From assembly GCA_016748015.1 (NCBI GenBank), contig JAAOMT010000678.1:1-25773 (forward strand): 25,773 bases of DNA, read 5' to 3'. This stretch comes from Geosiphon pyriformis uo1 (Eukaryota; Fungi; Glomeromycota). Numbering within the stretch: position 1 is the first letter of the stretch; every line of letters begins with the position of its first letter. Positions 18,477 to 25,773 of the stretch are shown piece by piece. The position numbers and the translations under genes are program-made. The notes beneath the pieces are model-generated. The model worked only from the letters and a program-made list of their open reading frames with translations. It searched no databases and was not told where the DNA came from.

Positions 18477-21400
18477 CTATACATCTATGTGAACAGAAGC
18501 ATTACCACCCAAACCAAAAAAGAAATGACACAGTCTGTGTTTACCAAAGCTGACAGCAAAAGATTCAACAACACTAAGCAAATAAACTACCCCATCTGAC
18601 AAATTAGACACCAAACAATGAAACAGGTCCAAGACCATACCACTATCCTTGACCAAACCAGCCCTTTTTATATCTATTTTATGCTTAGATCTAATAAGTC
18701 ACACTTTAGTACAAACCAATTCGACCACAAATCTAACAAATTCAGTAATAGTCAATGTAGTCTTTCCCTTCCTCTCAAAAGCCAAAGTAGTCTCAGCATA
18801 CCAATTCTTCAACACAAAACTCTTGCACACAGCAGTAAACAGACCCATGTCTAAAGAACATGCCAAAAGCGAACACAAAACAGCTGACATAGGTGAGCAG
18901 GAAAGACCCACCAAAAACAACCACTTCTTAGTAGTATCAGTCAAAATATCATTACAGAGTCCAGCATTACCTGAGCAAATGAAAGTATGGGTAGACACCT
19001 TCACTTTCCCATACAGCAAGCACAGCACCCCAGGATAATTCATGTTGTATAATCTTTTTCTGACAGCCACAGGCAACCATCTATGAACAGCTTTCATCAA
19101 ATAAGTGCGCATGTTGGCTGAGCTCCTACTAGTGAAACTGAAGAGTATGTAAGAGTCAGAATGCCAGATCTTTAAAGTAACCACCCAATTTATCTCCCTA
19201 ATCATGGCACTTAAAACAACATTATAACCAGAACCAGCCTCCCAACAAGCATGACAAATTGACTGATAAAGATTATGAACAAAATGACAAGCATTGCCTA
19301 ACACAGTAGTATTTTCAGCAACCAAGAAATGTTCTTGAATTCCAACAGGTAGAGAAAATGGAAAGGAAGTGGCTTGTCCAGCCAACTTATCAGCTCTAAT
19401 ATTGCCCAGAACTCCTAAATGCCCTTTAATCTTCATCTACTTAACTAAAATGTTTTTTTTCTTGATGAAATTGACAATATGCAATCACTTAATCCAGCAA
19501 CAATTATGGAAGTCTGGTGTCATAACCAGAGACTCTGACATATAAACATTAATTACAGATTAACTGTCTAAATACAGAACTACAGAACAGAAAGAGAAAA
19601 TGCACTCTAAGGCCAAAGTAATGACTTGTAACTCAGCCAAAGTGAATAACAAAAGTTCTTGAACTCTGACTCCAATATCCATGTTTATAGCTGGAAAATA
19701 GGCAGCTGCACCACTTGTTACCTTAGCCAAACCAGCATCCTTTAAAAATCCATCTGTGTAAACTTCAATACAATTTAACCAAATCTTTAAAAAACCCCCA
19801 CAAACACAAGCAAAAGCCTCAGAATCCAAAACATTCAGCACTGGTAGTACATGATCACTGACAGATACAACTTTCTCAGAAGCATGCTTGCTTATAAAAC
19901 CAGCTGCCAACATAAAACAATAAGATACTGGGCCCTTTAAGTCTAATCTCTTCCACTACTAAAATGTCTTTCAGTCTAACACCCTTTCATTTTTGTCCAA
20001 AAGCCTACTACCAAAAGCAACACCAAACCATCTCAAAGAGAGAACAGAATCATAAAACAAGAAATAACCCAGAATGTCAGACATTGAAAATCTGCCAGAA
20101 CCATGAAAAGCACTGGGCAAATTATTTATCAAAGATAACTTATTTTTCAACAAAATTTTCACTATACCAGCTAGAAAATTATTCATTGAACTAACCTTTA
20201 ACTTGACAGGATGCTGCAAAAAATTCAGAGGTGACCACCTCAGAACTTGTAAATCCAAAAATTTGTGTTCAAATAAACATCCAAGAATGCCATGGGCATT
20301 GGAAAAAAAGACCAATGAAGCCAACTTTTTTTCAGATTGCACTTGTTTAAATAGTTTTAAATCATATAAAGAAGAGTAATATAAAGTCTCATTCGGAAAA
20401 TTTTTTGGTAACTCAGCTTTAGATCTAAAACTCTTCTTAACCATGACATCCCACTTGTAACACACACCTAATGAAACATAACTAAACTGCATCCAATAGC
20501 TAACTATAAGCTGAAGAACAACCAAGACCAAGTACAAGAATTGTTAGTTTGTAATAGCCTTTCTGAGCACCACATTTGAGAAAACCCTGACATCTGCATG
20601 AGCCTAAGCCAAATTAGGCTTGGAAAGACCCTCTGTAGACAAAAAAATACCCAAGTACCTGTGTGATTTGCCTCATTTAGCAATTGAGATTGGCAAGCTA
20701 TTGATCAAAAATGAGGCAGTCTTGACACCTTAATTAATAGCCACCATTTTATTATTATTAATAAAAATGTTATTGACAGCAAAAAATCCATTAGCAATAT
20801 CCAAAATGATCTGTATAGAAGCCTAACAGCTTCCAACCCAAATTGTGTTATTAACAAAAACACCATCAGCCAAGAAAAAAGTCTTTCCTCCAATAGACTC
20901 AACATGGCCAGTTTTGACCACAAATTTTGTATCAATATGGTAGTCACACAAGTGTTTATGTTTTTTGACCTTACACAAAAAAGGGTCATAGAATATCTGC
21001 CAAAAGAGAGAAGAGAAAACTTCATTCTAATCCAAACTATCATGTACTATGTAACTATCTGAAAGGCCAAAATTTGTTATCACTCTGTTGATACAATCTT
21101 CATGAATTCCACCAAAAAAATCAATAAATCGACTATACATCTTAATATGATACAGACCAGCCTTCAAATGATGCCAGCCTACAAAGTCATAAGCTTTGCA
21201 CATGTTTTACAAAACCAACCAAAGTTTCTTATTCTTTTCCAAAACATTTTCCATGACTGATTCAACAGCAAAAATTGGCGATTGAGTAGAAGTATTTTTT
21301 AACACCAAAAAATTGTCCTCATAAAGAACATTGAATCTGCTGCATGCCAAAGAAATCCAATCAGAAAGAATTTTAGACAAAATTTTCCAGGCAGTTTCAA

Positions 21401-23162
21401 TCAAAGCAATAGGCCTAGTATTGGTTAGGACACTATTCTATTCATAGAGTTTAGAGATCATTGAAACCCATGCTCTTCTCCAAAAAATCAAAACCACCTC
21501 TAAGATTAAACACAAATTCAGCAGCTTTAAGAAATAAAATAACATCTCATCACCACAGTGCTTCCAAAGTTTATTAAAAATTCCTGATAATTCAGCAGTC
21601 TTATTATTTAACAAGTTATTAACACACAAAAACAACTCATTTATATTGATTTCCTTTATCACACTAGAAAAAACATCATTGAAAACATAGTTCAAAGACA
21701 TATATTGACAGGACCAAAGAATGGGCATTTTTGGGAGAACTGTCCGCTTTTTTGTCCATCCCTTTATAATTTCATCTACTTTAAGTTTCATTTCATCAGG
21801 CTCAACTACTAACTTATCATCAGCTATTAAGTGATCCAAAACAATTTTGCAAAATAGATGATCAAGGATACTCTTAATTATAAGTCTTTTGTTAAAACAA
21901 AAATAGTTCATGTACCAGTCAATTGCCTTCTTAATGGCTGCATCCTCAGACACCTTTGACTCAAGGTACTTAGACTTCTAATATCTTTTTTTCACTATAA
22001 ACAAATGCTTAACAACTTCCATCAAACATATACCAACCAGAACCATGTTAGCAGTCTTAGAGGCTTCTACTTTATTAATTTTTAACCAGACTCTGAGGAG
22101 ATGGTCAAAGTCCACAAGATCTTCAAAAACCCAAGCTTTAACAATTTTTGTGATTAGCAGCTCCAATTTGAAAAACTTTAAAGATTGTTTGTTTTTCAAA
22201 CAATCAAATGCACTATACCAATGTTTAGAAAACACCACATCAGCAGTCTATACCATAACATTCTTTAATACCACCCACATTACATCCAAATTACCATTAT
22301 ATCTTGTACTCTCAAACACATTTGACTTTATTGCTAATTCAACAGAAACCCACTCTTTAAAACGTAACTAAAGGGCTTCATCAGCATGTCCTATCTTAAA
22401 CTTTCACTGGTCTCAATTGGCTTGTTTACGAACACTATTTAGATGAGCATCCAAGAATTCTCTCAAACCAATCACAACTGAAATTGCCTTATGATCTGTA
22501 TCAAAAAATCTTGACATGTTATTGACTTTATGTAATGTAATAGTAAAAGTAAGATTCTCATTCACAAAAATAAAATCCAACACTTTTTCAATGTCTCTAG
22601 AATTACTTCAAGTAAGGGCTTTGGTTAAGGAATGTCTATTAAAGATATTGACCAGACCCAGATCTAAACAAAACTTGAAACTAGCACTTTTTTTACATTC
22701 ATTTTTATTGAAGTTACCACCAATGACTGTGAATGAGCTAGAATTGGCTGCTTTAGAGATCAAGGAGTTGATAAAAGAAGTTTGACTAAAATGTGTATTA
22801 ACAGAAGCACCAGTATACAGGCCCAAGATTGTAACCAAAAGCTTGTTTTTAAATAAAAAATGAACAGAAATCAGCCGACTAGAAATTTTGTTCACCTTTA
22901 AAAAATGCCGAGCCAAAGAACTGTTCATAATAATGGCAACTCAAGTACCAAGAAAACCCACACCCAAACCAGAAGTGAAAATCTGAACTTTATCAAACTT
23001 ATTCATAATCTAAGGTTTAATATTAGATCTCAATTTGGTTTCTGTAACAATTGAAACCATATTTTCTAATTCCTTATGCCAACAAACAATGTCTTCCTGC
23101 TTTGCAGGGACATTTATACCTCTAACATTACATGTAACAAATTTCTAAACTAAATTACTCAT
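18477..23162 (-). pseudogene. LINE-B ORF2 (APE, RT, RNase H, Zn finger), fragmented
   Basis: MSNLV*KFVTCNVRGIN, VTETKL, ILGLYTG, GGNFN, TDH; TRPIALIETAWKILSK, KAYDFV, FVNNTIW (20847-20858), YLG; VYTDGFL, AELQVI, YLDS, KIKGHLGVLGNIRADKLA; LCLLYGKVKVSTHTFIC. Confidence 0.93.
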
Positions 23163-25054
23163 TAAAAAGTAGGAGGAATAAACAAATCCAAGTCAGAACA
23201 CAAGTGATCCAACTTCTTTAAGACTGACTTAACTGATACTTCCAGAGCCACCATCTTGGATTCCAAACCTTTTACCTTGGTGGTTAAAACCTTAAAACTG
23301 TTTAAGCTAATGTTAGCAACCATATCAGTAACAACCATGGAAAGGAGAATAAAATAAATCAAAGCATCATCCAAAGTTATATTCGAATCTATGTCTACCA
23401 TCAAGGATGTAGAAGTTATAAGAAAAGGAACAAGAGGCAAAGATACCAGAGACACTAATTCAACATTGCTCAGCTTTCTCAAAATATCAGAAACTTGGTC
23501 TGCCAAAAGCTCTAAAAAGCACTCCAAAGAAGATAAATGGTCATGTAAAGCAGAGTCACCAGGAGAAGCAGAGATCACTAAAGAAATTCTAGCACCAGAA
23601 AATAAATCATTACCAAAAGACACCAAAAAAACCACACAAGGTGGAAAACCATCAGAAAAAAAATTGAGTAACATGATCTGCATCTATGACTTGCCACCAA
23701 AAGTGGCAAAATGGAAGATAGGGACAGTTTTCTTTGCATACAACTTGGCTAGTCAAAGACAATGTTCCACTGAGGTGACTTTTCTAATAATCTTTGAAGA
23801 CTTAGGAGTGAATGCAAGTGGTACACCACATTCCAAAGCAGAATGACCAAAAAACTCACATTTTTCACAACAAACCAAATCCAGTCTAGCCCAAGAAAGT
23901 TTGACACCACCAAATATCAGCTTAGTGTGATAAGCAGATTCTATTGCATCCTCAGACTCGAAGCCAACCACAGCACAGCAAATTCTATTGCCAGAATTCA
24001 ATGAACAATTTATAATACAAGTTTTCCCACCAGCTTTTTCCAAAAAAGTGCCCAAATCATAAGCAGTTGTTTCTACAGGTAAAGTAAACAATAAAGCCCT
24101 GAACTGGTCTCTTGATGCTCATGTTTCACAATCTCTTACAGTTATAGCCACTCACACAGAATTTTTTCCAATCAAAAAAGACCATTTAGCAGCCAATTGT
24201 ACAGCCTGACCTATTTCAGCAAATTCCACCATAGCTTTTTGCCACAATCCAATAAGTTGGATTTTGATCGACTTAATTTTGCCAAACTTAGCTAGAGCAG
24301 CAACAATTATTTCTTTTGGTGTGTCCATGGGAATTTTTTTGATAACCACAGCCCGATTTGAGCAAATTTTTTATTTCTTAAGATTACTGTTAGTGATGAT
24401 TCTTTTCTCTCTGGTCAATAATGTAGCTTTAATTAAGCTCTCGTCATAAATAAATGTAAATCAGATGATCCCTTCAAATTTTAAGGGGGTAGTGACCCCC
24501 CCAAAACCATTAATTAAAGAAAAAATTTTCCTAATGAATTGAGTCTTTGCTTTTACTAATTTCCCTTTCACAGCAAAAAAATTCATATTTAAGACAAAGA
24601 ATTTTTTGATGGGCACTTCAACCTAAGTTTTTACTATTTTAGGATCAATCAATCTTTTTTCAAGAGAAATATTGAGAGAGGGAGGGAGGTGAATTATGTT
24701 CTCATCCATTCCAAAATCAATAGTACCAATAGGGAAGCCACCGACCAAATCAATAATAACTTTTTTAGCTTTGGGAGTTGTCACAGCCAAACCAAAAAAA
24801 GAAGCACCACTTGAACTCAACTCAGTATCACCAAGCTTATTGTTACTGAACTTACTGTCCATATCCGAATATATGTCCTCATTGATACCAGGTTTGGTCA
24901 GAGAAATTTTCTTTTCATCACCAGAGTGTTTGATATTGCTAACAGAGATTTTTTTCTTCTGAAAAAAAGTTCCACCAATAGGACTATGAAGAGTACCTTT
25001 AGGTGTTTTTTTCTTAGACATATTGCTATTCAAAGCAGTCTCCAGATCTACCAC
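23162..25054 (-). pseudogene. LINE-B ORF1 (two RRMs, CCHC, coiled coil), fragmented
   Basis: VIKKIPMDTPKEIIVAALAKFGKIKSIKIQLIGLWQKAMVEF; FTLPVETTAYDLGTFL...CAVVGFES; CEKCEFFGHSALEC; KVKGLESKMVALEVSVKSVLKKL. Confidence 0.88.
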
Positions 25055-25182
25055 AAATAAGTTATTAGCTTAAGAAATAGTAAGAGTAATAAAACAAGCA
25101 GGATAAAAACAAAAAAACTTTTTTTTCAAAATTTGCTCTTTAGGAAATTAGGACAAAGAAGAGAAAGAAGTTTTTTAAATAT

Positions 25183-25189
25183 GCTTTTT
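25183..25189. repeat. Target-site duplication of LINE-B, right copy (GCTTTTT)
   Basis: Matches 18338-18344. Confidence 0.8.
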
Positions 25190-25773
25190 GTTACAGTTTT
25201 TACACTTAAGTAAAATATAAAATAGTTGTTTCTGTAATTCTAATTTATAATACCAAATTTTATTTCAACTACTAATTTCTTTAAAAAATTTTTGTTTTGT
25301 TTTTTTAGTCCAATTAAATATTAATTCAAAAGTTATATAGGTTTTAGTAATTGGTATTTCTTTTTTTTTTAAATTCGAATATAGAGGCTTTTTCTGATTA
25401 TTTGTTAAAAGTACTACATATAACAAACACTCTAATATATTGTTTTTAATATGAAATTTTAAGTTTTTGGGTTTTTGGGTTTTTTAATCTAAGTTTGTAT
25501 TGGTCTTGAAAAGCCAATTATTTTTAATAAATGTTTAATATTAAGGTTTATTCATAATTAAAACTTTTATTAAAATGATAATTCCATTAATTGTGAAAAA
25601 AAAGTTATTAATTCTTTTTACTGGAATCTTCTTTATATTATTGGCTATTACAATTACTGTTTGGATTGATCTGTCCATATTTCAATTAAGTTGTTGTATT
25701 AGTTAGTAGATAATAATACTTTTGGCAGATTTACTGTTTAAGATTAACCAAATTTGCTTTTCTTTTACTTTAG
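25183..25773 (-). mobile_element. Gypsy-B upstream part: decayed aspartic protease and start of the Cys-rich domain; continues beyond the window
   Basis: IWLILNSKSAKSIII (decayed LILDSGS), IVIANNIKKIPV, KVLIMNKP*Y*TFIKNNWL, homologous to the Gypsy-A protease; ends LKCKNCNKK at the LINE-B junction. Confidence 0.85.

Larger units (their letters stand above)
18345..25182 (-). mobile_element. LINE-B: full-length degenerate non-LTR retrotransposon related to LINE-A, inserted into Gypsy-B
   Basis: Same ORF1/ORF2 domain order as LINE-A, poly(A) at 18340-18350, TSD on both sides. Confidence 0.95.

Noticed and set aside
18618-19038. Plus-strand ORFs antisense to LINE-B (also 19964, 22045, 22516, 23391, 24264, 24696)
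   Set aside because: Shadow frames of the LINE coding strand; no motifs and no matching conserved antisense ORFs in LINE-A.
652-25182. LINE-A and LINE-B as inverted arms of one giant composite element
   Set aside because: They are strongly diverged, LINE-B has its own TSD, and a gap plus two adapter junctions lie between them.

Overview
Very AT-rich eukaryotic DNA made almost entirely of decayed, nested retrotransposons; no intact host gene, RNA gene or CRISPR array is visible. The element families resemble, from memory and unverified, those of Glomeromycotina fungi. Left to right: (1) LINE-A, a full-length, heavily mutated APE-type LINE on + (about 652-7548; ORF1 with two RRMs, a CCHC knuckle and coiled coil; ORF2 with APE, RT, RNase H and Zn finger). 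(2) A 564-N gap and an older gag-like remnant. (3) Gypsy-A, a Ty3/Gypsy LTR element on - (9293-16623) with LTRs, PBS and PPT and an unusual order: long N-terminal extension/gag/CCHC, protease, unknown Cys-rich domain, dUTPase, RT, RNase H, then a separate short ORF where integrase should be, with no visible integrase core. (4) Two exact 19-bp Nextera/Tn5 mosaic-end sequences that mark probable chimeric assembly joins. (5) Gypsy-B, a diverged relative with the same protease/Cys-rich/dUTPase order, split by (6) LINE-B, a full-length relative of LINE-A on - (18345-25182) with a 7-bp target-site duplication. All copies carry pervasive C>T/G>A transitions in many contexts. The best candidates for new biology are the conserved Cys-rich+dUTPase cassette, the RIP-like mutation pattern, and several conserved cis signals (TAATG ORF1/ORF2 coupling, LINE 3'UTR hairpin, GAUUA-loop LTR hairpins). 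All translations and alignments were done by hand; domain boundaries are approximate.
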